Source: Paraphysomonas bandaiensis
Taxonomy: Eukaryota > Protista > Chrysophyceae
Direction: 5' to 3'
Assembly (NCBI GenBank): GCA_965644295.1
Contig: CBFFRP010000425.1
Span: 111,187-175,186, forward strand
DNA: 64,000 bases
Shown: positions 38,091 through 50,305 of the stretch, piece after piece
Numbering within the stretch: position 1 is the first letter of the stretch
Layout of the letters: each line of letters opens with the position of its first letter
Translations under genes and position numbers: made by a program
Notes under the pieces: model-generated
Database searches by the model: none
The model's input: the letters and a program-made list of their open reading frames with translations, nothing else
Told to the model about the DNA's origin: nothing

Positions 38091-40405
38091 ATGAGTGATA
38101 AGACGAACAGCAATGAGGAGTTAACGCACCCTCTCATAACTAAGTTTCGAGTTCTTCAAAGTTTTATATCTGCAGATATCGAGATTGAAGACCTCCCACA
38201 GCTGAGGTGTGTGATTTCAGTGGTCGTGTAGTGTCTGTAAGACTCTGTGTAGGGAAGCAGCGCCTGTGGTGTTTGTTGAGCTGCACAATTATCTCTGTCA
38301 TGGTAGTGATCAGTGGTACATCGATACACAGAAAGTGTCTGATCCTGTGCTATATCTGAACATTGCGATCAAATTCCTGTGCGAGATGTGTGGTAGAAGT
38401 GATGATCTTGCGCTGGTTTCCAGTCAAAGTGTAGTGAATGGTGACTATATGGCGATCGAGCAATTGGTTGAGGCTTATACTGGTGCCTTCTTAGAAGAGA
38501 TGAGGCTACTTCGTCAGCGAGTTGACTATCTACAGCACCGACTCTGCCGGAAGGAATGTAGTGATATCTCTCCGGGAAAGAAAAATGGACGGCTGAATCG
38601 AAGTGAGAATAGGCCGTCCAGTGCACCCACTCGCCGTCTAATATTATCACAAGGTTAGTTTTCGGAGTATGTGTTATATTGTAGTGTTTGAATAATATGG
38701 ATGCCGATATGTTTAGGCAAGCACACAAAGAGTCACCAATTCAATGTATTGTTAAAAAGTTCAAGGCAAAGAAGTAAGTCGCCTTCGAAAGATAACAAGC
38801 CTAAGTTGTCGGCCACTAATGCATATATCGCCCCAAAGCCTTGTAAGCTTCGCTCTTTTCAGCCATTGCTTCCCTTGGATTTAGTGATATCTGTCAAACA
38901 CTGCAGTGAGTGTGCTCATCATGAATATATCCGTCACGATGAGACGGAGTTTATTTCGCGGGCAGACAGTGTTTTAAGGTACCTCTCCCGAGCTGTTCAT
39001 AAACTGGGCTTGTGTGTACGATGTGGTGTAATACGCCATACCGCAGATGGCAGAGAAGCTGTTGGGGCTTTTGAGGTGCAAGTCACATTAAGAGATGACA
39101 GACAAAATCTTTATGCAGAGGTCCTTCACTCTAGGCTTAGCACTGGACGTTGGCCGGTCAGAGGAATACTCATTTCTCGGTTACATCGCCTCTTAAATTC
39201 TCTAAATTTACCCCATTATCAAGCTACTGCTTCTGGTTTGTATGTGGAACAAAGTAGGCCTGAAATGGCTACGTGTGGGCAACAGCTTGAGGACTACCCC
39301 TGTACTCCATGTTCGTGGGCATCTGTTGCACTTTCAAGTAAAACCTGGTCCTATTCCCGGCCCTCCTTGATGGGGGGATCGGAGGGGGTTTCTGTGGTTC
39401 CGGACTATGTACGATGGGCATTTGATACTAAGATTGAGCTTGTCGGCAGAGTCTGTGGGACTAGCACTTGCCGTGCATTAACTCCGGCACAGTACTCGAA
39501 ATATGTCAATGCCCCTATCACGAGGTATGTATACATTTAGGATGAGTCCGTTTATTATAACATATTTACACAGTCGATACGCCTGCCGGGGAGTGGCCAT
39601 TGACTTCGACAAAGATGAGGATGTGGGATCTACTATTGCAGATAAGAACTACGCCACCGTTGGATGTTCACTGTGTCATAAATCATTCAGTATACCCTCC
39701 TTTAAGCGGCATGCTTGCCTCTGTGGGAAGAATCGGCTAGAAGAAAAGAAGGTCGTCAACGTCTTCGACTCTAAGATTCAACGAGTGTCTGAGGAGATGG
39801 TTGCTGCATCAAGCGCATTGGCATCTTCAAATGGTCATGAATGCTATTCTCGATCATCTAATTTCCAGAGTAGTCGCGGCTTTAGACAAGCGATTCGCGC
39901 ATCAAGGTGTTTGTATTATAAACTGAAACCTGGTAGTGAACTGGGTGATGAAAGGATTGAAATTCATGTTAATCATATAGAGTATCATGATGAAAGTCGA
40001 GTATACTGCTCAAAAATGCTTTACGTTAAATTGCAAATTGAATCGCTCTGGAATGCGGATACTAATGCAGTCGTGCGTAGTGACAAGGATTCTTTTTGGC
40101 TATGGAACGATGCTCTCTCTATGACATTGACTCAACTCGAGATTCTTAGGGCCAAACATTTGGATATATTCGTATATGACGCTGATAACAAAAGCAAACT
40201 AATTTGCAAAGCTGCTGTTCCTACGATTGAGATAATGAAACTCGTCAAGTCATGTTCGTTTGGCCCAGAGTTGGCTAAGTCTTTTAGCTTTGAAACGAAT
40301 AGATATTTTATCGTTGATAATACTGGTGACTACAGAAAAGAGAAAGAAGCTTTTGCTGGGCGAATAGTCGTCAATTTGTACTGCACCAGAAAGGAGTCTG
40401 TTTAG
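38091..40405 (+). CDS. Multidomain protein: CEP95-N/CH-like domain, Rdx/SelW-like CxxC domain, C2H/C zinc-finger-like motif, C2-like domain
   Basis: DLALVSSQSVVNGDYMAIEQLVE; HCSEC..H...RHDE...GAFEVQV...LHSRL.TGRWP; CSLCHKSF...RHAC; LDIFVYDADN. Domain names come from motif resemblance only. Confidence 0.6.
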
Positions 40406-41386
40406 CATTAGCAGTGAAACTTAAATTTTTGAAGCAGTTTATCTCCCAACATGTGTGGTAATTCTTCATTATACCTTTCATTGACGCAACATGTTATATA
40501 CATTGAATATGTTTTGCACAGGCGTTAATTTCTGAGGCAATAATGCATCGAAGCCTTACGTGATTATTTGAATTAAGTAGAAGACTATCACATGAAGTAT
40601 TTCGTCAAGATTTCAAGTCTTCTGCGCTACCGGACTGGATTACCGGATCACATTATTCAGGAACACTTGAAGTAATTGATCCCTTGACGTGATATGAGTT
40701 CTTTACGATATCCATTTCCTTTCAATTGTTGGTATTGTAGTCCGTGTGGTTACTTCCATCCGCACTATCTGGGGCTTGGAGAAGTCTCATAATTTTCTTT
40801 TAGTTTCGTTATTTATGGGAGTTATCGCTCTCACAATTTGCTTTCTGAGGCATTCATAGTTGGAATACGTATGTTTCTTTAAGATTGGACTGTAATACGT
40901 AGTCTAAAATGCTATATAGCTATAACTCTGAAACTGAAGTATTATGATGATTCAAGATACGGAAGTTGACCAGTGTTTGACATGAAAGAAATATAAAATT
41001 ATGTTGTTGATATATATGTTTTACATGAGAACACACAACTGTGTATGCTATAATAGTCGTATCTATCGCCATAACTTCTTTTAACTATCTAAGGTATAAA
41101 ATTACCAAAATTCAATATTCATAACCAGATTAGAAATTGACTTCTTGCTCTTTGTGGCTATGTGATTGGCTTGAAATTCATTTATGTTATGAAACTATAT
41201 GTTACTTATATATTTTGACCTTCACCTCTCTGGTGGTTAAGTGCTTCGATCTAAGAAGCGCAAGTTATTTTCTTTCATATGTAGCCACTATTTATTCTTG
41301 GAGCATTCATTTAGTGTTAAGTTCAACATATAGCATGACTCAAGACAGGTCGATAATAATTTCATTAACCAGCACCTTATTTTATG

Positions 41387-41875
41387 GTAGTTAATGTCTG
41401 ATTATTAGCAATAGGCGTTGAACAGGGTCAATGCTTAACTATGATGTCCTACTATTTAACGTTACGAAAGCTGCTTGTGCGTCACCGAAAGCACCAAAGT
41501 GCAACCACTTTCACTCTAACACTCAAACGCGGAATGTTGATGTACTCTGATATCTGCTGACTTCAGGATTTTAGATTCCTTAAGAGGTGAACAGCCCGGA
41601 TGTTTGACTTCAGCAGGCAGCCCAATACCCCGGATGTCCTTGAGGTGGGCTCATTTCGTCAGGGTCCAATGACGTCTACACAAGTGGCGCTAATTAGTGT
41701 CCCTTGTACCACACTAGCATTTGGCTATATATGAGCTATATGAGCTATGAGTGGGTATAGAACAATATCTGCGGACTATATATTTTGTGGCTCACGTAAG
41801 TTTCCCGGAGAAATATCTCCGGTGTTTATCCCCCAGAGCACCACGAATAGGTGCGAGTCCGACTATGTTGAGGGT
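41387..41875 (-). mobile_element. Structured repeat copy 2 (subfamily A) with GC-richer upstream remnant
   Basis: Core at 41466-41512; tail aacgcctattgctaataatcagacattaactac. The upstream boundary is approximate. Confidence 0.6.
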
Positions 41876-41941
41876 ATTTTATGGTAGGACACGGATACTT
41901 GTACTCTAGTGTACTAGATTATACAGTATAGTTATATTTAA

Positions 41942-42051
41942 CCACGGGCAATAAGGAGGCTATATATCGTCCCGCGCTCAAAATTTTGAAACGAGGGCGA
42001 AAAGGCCGAGTTTTAAAATTTAGACAAGGGACGATACTCCTTATCCCTAGG
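41942..42051. mobile_element. Foldback MITE flanked by TTAA (piggyBac-like)
   Basis: ttaa|CC..ggg..ataaggag..tatcgtccc..aaatttt // aaaattt..gggacgata ctccttat ccc..GG|ttaa. The right end is duplicated at ~42064-42079. Confidence 0.6.
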
Positions 42052-42583
42052 TTAAATTGTAGCTTATCCCTAGGTTAAACTTAATATTAGATTGCTTGTT
42101 GAAATAAGAAATAGGTGTTTCCTGATTAGCATTAAGAAAACAAATGAGTATTCTTATTGTTTCAAATGAATGGTATGTATACTGGCTGTGTATGCTTTGG
42201 GAATAACAATCGCACTATAGGTCAACTCAAACAATAAACCCCCAAATTTATATATATAATAGCTACAACAAATGCATTCCAATCACAGAAGGATACTGAT
42301 GAAATAGCAACTGAGAGGAGTTGAAATTCGTACATAAGTGTGATGATGAATGTAAACAGTTGTAGTCGCACGAAAGGCTTCTTATTGCCTTATTTAGCAT
42401 CATCACATTTATATACAGTGCGCTTAACCTCCTCTGTAGTGCACCTGATTAAATGATGTGAGTATGATATGAGGTAGACTATATCCTCATAAGCACAATG
42501 TAACCTGAACTCTAAAACAACTGGATGCCACTGCCCTTTACCATCTATACAGCATCAGATATGGTACTATACTCTCCTGAGTG

Positions 42584-42865
42584 AGAATATCTGATTATTA
42601 CATGAGAACGGTTGTGTACAGAAACTAGTTTTACATCTATAGACTAACTAATAACTAGACTTGCTATATACGACTAGTGGCGGGCAACCGTCTCGGGACT
42701 GCTTGTGCATCGCTGCGAGCACCATGGTGCAACCGTCCCTTGTAGATACTCTCCAGAAATATTCTTGAAGTTGTTTCGAAGTCCTGGCTATGAAGATCGA
42801 TCGCTTGCACTGACATCATTATGATCTTTTACATCGTCAGACGAAGGGAGGAATATTATTTGAAG
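42584..42865 (-). mobile_element. Structured repeat copy 3 (subfamily B)
   Basis: Core at 42695-42739; stem arms at 42604-42614 and 42685-42694; termini nearly identical to 62042-62205. Confidence 0.65.
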
Positions 42866-43071
42866 TGTCTAATGATTTAACTCATGACTGTGGTTTCCCT
42901 ATAATAGTGTACTGTAATGAAATGACTGTCAATATCATAATCTTAGCATCTGTGGAACCGAATATTAAAGTTGAATGTCTATATTTGCCCGGTGCTGATA
43001 TCAGCGCCCTGTTGAGACAAAATCAGGTAAAAAAAAAGCTTTTTTTGAGACAAAATGGGGATAATATATTT

Positions 43072-43204
43072 CAGGACCTGGTAACCATTAATGGTCTAGT
43101 TCCCGGCAATGATAATGGCATTAATGTAAAATGTCCCGTCAATTACAATGGCATTACCATTAATGGCTACTAATGCCATTACCATTAACGGCTACCAGGC
43201 CCTG
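43072..43204. mobile_element. 133-bp MITE of the CAGGGCCTGGTAACC hAT family
   Basis: caggacctggtaaccattaatgg ... ccattaacggctaccaggccctg; no clear target-site duplication. Confidence 0.8.
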
Positions 43205-43211
43205 AATATTA

Positions 43212-43416
43212 CATTTGTTCCAACTAAATTTTAGAGAAGTTCCTACTAAGTTCTAAGTTTTACTCGCCTTCTTGTTAAATTTAAAATGGCAGCCTATTAA
43301 GTTTTTCAGATATTCCTACTTCCTACTAAGTTGGAAATTTTATTCGATTCTACTACATTTAAATTTTAGTTATTAGTAGAAACAAATGACATTTTTTAGT
43401 TTGGTAGGAACAAATG
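43212..43416. mobile_element. Putative MITE with CATTTGTTCC termini
   Basis: catttgttccaact ... ggtaggaacaaatg, with internal ttcctactaag repeats. Confidence 0.5.
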
Positions 43417-43700
43417 GAAAGGTACATAGGTTTAAAAATGACACCGCTAGAGTATATAGTATATACCCTGTGATAATATATGCTAACAGAGAACTACTAA
43501 CGCCAAGAATATAATTTAATTCGAATGATACGTGTGGTGGTTTATTACGATATAATCTTCAGTTCGGCTATCTGTAACCATCGTATCTATCATAAGACTA
43601 ACACGGGAACGCTGGAATTAACGATAACTAGCATCATGAAGATAAAAAGGTCGTAACAAACAGTTGTGGACGGTATAGTCTACCCTGCCTATCTAATTGG

Positions 43701-46549
43701 TTAAATGGAAAACGCGTCCGATAGAAGTACTTGGGTGATTGGTCCAGGAACAGATCCTACAGCGCTGTAAATAGAATGTTCTCTAACTCTCTCATCTCTC
43801 TCGATTGCATGAACGGTGAATGCCGGATTTACTACACTGTAAAACGAATGTCATCTCCAATGAAGTGGATACATGCATGGCGAGTATACATATACGGCAG
43901 TCATCTACCTGTAGTTGGCGTCAACAAAAATCTTCGCCAGGCGGTTGTCGCACCTGGGGGCACCAAGAAAGAAATCAGATTGTGCCACCACGTTTTCGTG
44001 AATGGGGGCGGTAAATATCCATGCGTCTTGGCTATCCGCACGAATGGGAAGAGAGAGTGAAGAGCCACCAAATATCCATTTGGAGAGTGCAAGGACGGTG
44101 CTATTGGACAGCTTCGTGCTATGTTTAACTAGTTGGAGACTGTCGTCAAAATAAATATCCGCATTGGCGACAATCACCCGCCGGCCACTAAGTCTCTCAT
44201 TGGCCACGCGGAAAGCATCGGCGAAAGTTAATCGTCCACTCTGGAATTGCGTAATTTTATGGGCATTCTTGAGCACTGAGAAGTCATATCTTTCTTCATT
44301 GATAAGGTAAACTTCAGAGATAGCATCATTTTGAAGATTTCTTGCGAGAGCGTCTTGTAGAGCTTGACGAATTATATCAGCATCTTTTACATCTGGTGGT
44401 GGGATGAAAAACTGGGTGATGAGGACCAACCCTTCCTCCGTAGACGAATGGTTTCCATCGTTATGCTCAGGGCGCAACCGCGCGGCTTCAGACAGCACGC
44501 TAAGAGCACCCAACCGGATAGATGAGATATTTTCGTTTTCAGAACCGCCCATACAAGTGAACGCCACAGTGATCAAAGACGACCCGGTGGACTGCACGCG
44601 CCGAATCTAAATGACAAAAAAAATATGTTTAAACAGTGGTATCACCCTCAATGGACATATACATATATGCAAGCAGTTCATACAGCGGTACGGTAAGCAG
44701 GACATAACCTCGTCAAGAAAAGATTTTCCCTCCGGAAGGTTAAGACGACCTGCAGCAGACTCTTTGGTTGCATATTCGTTTAGGTATGGGAGAGTATAAT
44801 CCGACCAGTTCAGGAATGAAAATACAAGAACAGAACCACCACCCTCATTCACAGGTGGAAGAGAAAGTATTCTCAAGCTCTCTTCAACACAAGACTCAAA
44901 CTGAGAGTCCATATTGAGTGCCTGAATCATGTTGTACTGTACATCCTGAGCAGTCATCTGAAACCCAAGGTCTGGAATAGGATCCTCATATCCTGGCTGC
45001 AGCATAAGGTCATAGGCTTCGCGGAAGTACTTAACTGCCTCTGCGCTGCGATCTAAGTACTGGCTTGTTACTCCCACACATCCAAACACCATATGAGATG
45101 GGGAGGAGAGAAGCCGCTGGGATTGGCGGCATAAATCGAAGGCGTTTTGGTACTGACCCCTAAGAGATACACACATTACAAGAAACACACAACGTATGGC
45201 GTAAACTATACACGACGGTGTCATGCATTCGGTGAAATTCGTGTGTAGTACCTTAAGTACTGTGTCATGCCTGCGGCATAGAACCACCACGCTGCGTCCT
45301 CAGAAGGTTCACCAAATGCTCTCAGGACGTTCAAAGCTACGTCCAACTCGGATTGACGGATAGAATTGTTCACGTTTTGCTGAGCCTGCCTTACGCGCTC
45401 AAGTTCACGTGCTGCAGCTTGATGGAGCGTTTCACGAGTGGCTTTCAACTCCGTGTTATTAGGGTTAAGAGCAAAAGCTGTGTCAATGGCAGCAACCGCA
45501 GCGGAGGGGCGATTAATAGAGCTCAAAAATATCGCATAGTTTTCCTGGAGCACAGCATTAGTGGGTGAGTTCGCCACAGCCAGCTTGTACACAGGTAGAG
45601 CTTCCGACAGTTTTCCCATGGAATGAAGAAGAGTGGCAAGATTTGCGGTTGCAGCGTGCATGCTAGGGTCTAGTCGCAGAGCTTCCTCGTACAGCACTCG
45701 TGCTTCGGCGAGGCGGTTCTCGGCATGCAGTACTGCACCTATGTGAAGTAACATTTCAAATACAAACAGCGAGAATAAAGCAAACAAAATATGTATTAGC
45801 TGCAGATCTGAAAGTGTAATCAACTAACCTAGATTGAAGGCAATTCTAGAGCTGTTACTGTTTAAGCTTAGTCCTTGAGCGAGGACTCCTTCAGCATGGC
45901 TATAGTTCAGATGGGGTGCAGGAAACTGGACAGTGGATGCTTTCAACCACGCTGCCTCGTTATTCGGCTTCAAAAATGCAGAGACGAGGTACCATTCAGC
46001 CGCACCCGACATATCTCCCTTCTGCTCAAGGATAGAGCCGGTAATATACTCAAGAATGCCGTTGTTATCTTCTTTGTTCACGCGCAGCATACTCTTCTGG
46101 ACCACTTCCATTGCAAGGTCCAGGTCATTATTCTTCTTCAGCGACTCTGCCAAATTACTGATAGCAGCAACATCAGTGTAATTGGACATACGGACAGCCG
46201 TAAATAGAAAACTTTCGGCAACATCAGCACGATCCAATGCCAAAAAACTGGCTCCGATTAAAGAGTTGGCCTTCTGGTGGTCTGCTTCTGTCTCCAGTAT
46301 CATCAGCAGATCCTCAACAGCAGCAGTGTAATTGTCCGCACTAATCATTTCCTCCGCTCTCTTCAGAGCACTTATCATAGCGGTCGAGTTGAGTTTAACG
46401 ACAGGCTGCGCACTCATTCGAGTGGAGTTTTGTTTTCTAGTGAAAAACGAAGAAATTCGACTCCAAAAACTCTCTCTGTTGTCATCCGCTCCTTCAACGC
46501 AACAACAGGTAAGGAGAATGAACAAAAGTAGTGTTCCAATGTGCTTCAT
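43701..46549 (-). CDS. Secreted or lumenal TPR protein with a C-terminal GT-A-like (DxD) domain, 5 exons
   Basis: Signal peptide MKHIGTLLLFILLTCCCVEGA, several TPRs, then VIVANADIYFD..LALSKW..SQDAWIF..LGAPRCDNRLA..VVNPAF. Stop at 43701 follows the last intron. Confidence 0.75.
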
Positions 46550-47064
46550 TGTTCTATCGCTGCACTGTGTTTATGATGTGAGGCTGTGCAAATTTAAATA
46601 TAGAATACACCGCATCGGATCTACGGCTCCCACCATATATGAGCACAACGATCTATAGACTACAGTATGTATACCACATTTCGTATAGAGATGAGCGTAC
46701 AGAAGTTCGCTGTATCTGTACTGTATACGGTATACCGTGTACAGTGTTCTCCATATGGTGCTGTTTCTGTCCTCATATATATTCAAATACCGTTGCGACA
46801 CACAGCAACTGGAACTGATCCACACATATAGTCTACATACAGCAGTACCTACCTACCTTTCGTAAGGTACATACATACACATCCTGCTGTACATGGTATG
46901 AGCTTCATTTTTTTAGTGTATTTTTGTGACAGTTGAGAATGATCTCCGTGCACTGCTGCATGCTGCAGGTGGATGCGACAGTGATCACTATAAAAATAGT
47001 GATATTAACGTTTGTTTACACTGGTTCCACTTGTTGAATAGTATTTGGCTGACATCACATATGT

Positions 47065-48549
47065 ATGACTGATCTTCCCTGGCCTAACTCTCTGAGAACT
47101 ATGGATAAACATAGAATTGAAGTTCACGTGCCAAAGGCCTCGAAGAGGTCATCCAAAAAAGCTGTCCAGCAACGGCAACAACATGAAATGCGCGCTGCTG
47201 TTGAGGAAATATTAAGATCATTAGCCGACGAGAAGGTTCAACCTAAAGCTGTGCCTAAAAAAGAAACTAATATTAAACGATCCGAAATCACAGCGCTGAA
47301 GAACTCTGTGGCGCAGTTAGAACAAAATGTAGCAGCACAATTTATGCAAGTTGAACACAATATTAATGCATTAAAAGCCATTGTTGATGATCTTCAACGA
47401 ACTGTTTCTCAGAGAAATGATAAATGGGATGCAGAGTTACGCTCTTGCATAGACGGAATCGGGCAAGTTGTTGAGAAGGATAAAGCAAAAACTATAAAAA
47501 CATTACAAAAGTTACATAAACAGCATGATAAAGATGTGAGCGAGCTTAGAGCATCTATTGGTGATGTGCAACGTGTTTCTAATGATGCTCTCCACAACGT
47601 GCAGCTCGACGTAAAGGCTTTGGCGAGGGCGGTGTCAAGCACCAGGGATAATGTTGACTCAATGTATGCTTTATATTCTACATCACTTGTTCTGTTCCAT
47701 ACAATGTTACATTATGCTCACTATTCGTGCTGGAAATGATATGATCCGCGCTTTTGTTTGATTGATAATCTGTATTTATTTACTATAGTCTTGCTAAACC
47801 CAGCGAAGCGAGTAATGATGCAATGAATTCCAGCATGGACCATGGTGTGGATACTGGCGTAGTTATTGATTCCTTGACAGCACGACTAAAGGCATTGGAA
47901 TTGAGATTAGGTGTGCAATGTATTTATTTGACTGATAATTGCATATATATGAAATTTTGCTTACTATGAAATGATTATAGGTGATGTGGAGCAGCAAGAT
48001 TTTGTTGACCATTTTGCTTCCAAAAAGCGGGGTGCCTCTCCACTTCGGACCAGCAGACGACGAGGAGTAATGAAAGACGAAAGTGGATTTGAGAGCACTA
48101 TGTCTTCACTGAACGACTACATGGAACGCACTGACGATGCTATTCGATCTCTACGTTCTAGAATACAAAGTAGCGAAGATGCAATCGAACATTTATCTTA
48201 TTCCAGTCGAGAAAATCGTCATGGAAAACTCTCATCCGCAAATTGCAAGCATGCATCCGATATCACAAAGATACATGAACAGATTCGATCGTTACAGGCG
48301 AAATTAAAGACTCTTGGAAGTAGCACTTCAAGGGCTTGTAAATCCCTTTCTGTGGGTGTATCAGATTCCCAACACGCTGCGCTATTGCTGTACTCGTGGG
48401 CTGATAAAGTTCACCGAGCATTTGAAATTGTTTCTGATAAGTTGGATATACAAAGTGAGCTCTGCCCGCGTCCCCGGATACATGACACTTCTCCAGAGGA
48501 TTTGACCAGACAGATAACTGCGTTGTTTTCATCCGGGAAAGATATTTAG
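47065..48549 (+). CDS. Coiled-coil protein of unknown function, 3 exons
   Basis: ORFs 47065-47739 and 47971-48549 are bridged by a middle exon at ~47789-47910; heptad-rich. Confidence 0.65.
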
Positions 48550-48582
48550 CTAATATATAATATATTTTCGTCTATTACAGAT

Positions 48583-49789
48583 CAGGGCCTGGTAACCATT
48601 AATGGCCCATTAATGGTAGTCCAGTTCCCGGTAATTATAATGGCATTAATGAAAAATGTCCCCGCAATTATAATGGCCATTAATGGCCCTTTAATGGCTA
48701 TTAATACCTACTAACTTAAAGTAGATAGCACCATTCATATAATAGATAGTGTTGTGCTCCCTTAATTACTAATTTTTAGTTAAATAGCAGACTACAAATT
48801 TTAACTACTTCTCGCTCTCTACTGGTACATCATGATCTTCTTGCAGGGCTTCATGGAGGGTATAAACATCCCACAACATGTAATTGGCTCGTAGGAATGC
48901 TTGCGTTCGGGGAAAGGTATGGATGCATCTCTGGAAATTCTTGTAGCAGTATATTAAATAACTGACGGACTTTTGATACTAATTGGTTCCATCTCTTTGT
49001 AAGGCGAGCGTAACACTCTGTAACTTTACAAGTTGGGGCAAATATTGTTTCAGCTTTAAAAGTAAGCTGGAGTTAGAATCTGGAGTAAGGAGATACTTTC
49101 TTTCTTTTATAAAAGACAATAAATCGCCCCCGTGAAGTCTTTCATTTTCCAAAGTTCTGTCGAGTTCCTTGCGCCAAGATAAATCCGCATGTTTGGCACC
49201 CTTCTTGGTTACATGATTCACACTAGTCGTGTAACCTCGCTGTATATCTTGTTTGAGGCGATCATTGCACAACGAACAAATATGATACAGAGCACTGAGA
49301 GGATTCTCTGAATCCACTCGGAAGAAGACTCAGACTGTAAATTACACTGTCATCATATTCGCTTAATATACTGGATGGTATAATATTGTGTACTGCGGCT
49401 TCTTTCAACTCTGAGGAAAAATAGATTTTTATGAATGTTTTAGGTGAAATATGCATATTTGCAATGATTATTTTAGAGTTTTGTATATATGGGTACGTTG
49501 CTATGCATATTGCTCGTCAGAAAACTATTCTCTAAATCTACAGAGCATTGAGAAGATAGTGAACAAAGTTGCCACAAGTGCCTGTAGAGTTGCATGAACA
49601 TTGTTGTCTTATATTGTTCAGAGCTTCTTCGGAGTATAGAGGAGATACTATATTCTATATTAACTTAAAAACACTCAGTTCTATATATAGCAGTACAGGT
49701 CATTAATGGTATCCCATTAATGGCCCATTAATGGTAGTCCGGTTACCGGCAATTATAATGGCATTACCATTAATGGTTACCAGGCCCTG
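48583..49789 (-). mobile_element. Internally deleted hAT transposon with intact ends
   Basis: 23-bp perfect TIR CAGGGCCTGGTAACCATTAATGG and 8-bp TSD TTACAGAT (48575-48582 and 49790-49797). Inside: BED-finger-like CSLC..KQ...GY....HV...H and frameshifted LQSVTLALQ...VRQLFNILLQEFP...YLSPNASI. Confidence 0.92.
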
Positions 49790-50305
49790 TTACAGATGAT
49801 ATGTGTCAACATGTGCTGAAAACAATCAGTTTTTACATACAACAGTTAGAGCTCATCGTCTTAAAGCACTATATTTCCTTAAAGCACTAAAAGGTAGCTG
49901 TGCCATCCATGTTTGTGCCGATGGCAGCGCCAGTTCTTGCCTCTTTGATGAAGTTTTTGTCTCTTTGACGAGATAGCTAGAAAAAAAATGGTATAATGAG
50001 ATAACTCAACCATTTTGACAAGGTTGAATAACATACTCCACATTCGCTGAGTCTTGAGTCATATAAAGTTAATACTAAAACCTTTAAGTTATTTTCACAA
50101 CTAAAGATAACCATTATTGACACAAACTAAAAAAATTAAATTTGATTTTCTGATAGCTGCCAGCAAATACATTTTCCTTGTAACGCATGTTACATTGTTA
50201 AACATATTTAACAGAAAAATAAATGCATTAATTTTCATGCACAATGTGCTTTAACTTCTAATACAATAACAAAAAATATACACTTATAGCAATCAAACGA
50301 GCAAA

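Noticed and set aside
40540-40860. Coding-like stretch after the gene ending at 40405
   Set aside because: Multiple stops and no recognisable family; cannot support a call.
42584-42745. Structured repeat as hammerhead, HDV, twister, pistol or group II intron domain V/VI
   Set aside because: Required cores were not found by eye (CUGAnGA/GAAA, nested pseudoknots, AGC triad with bulged A). The CAAGC and UUAAAUAG matches are only partial.
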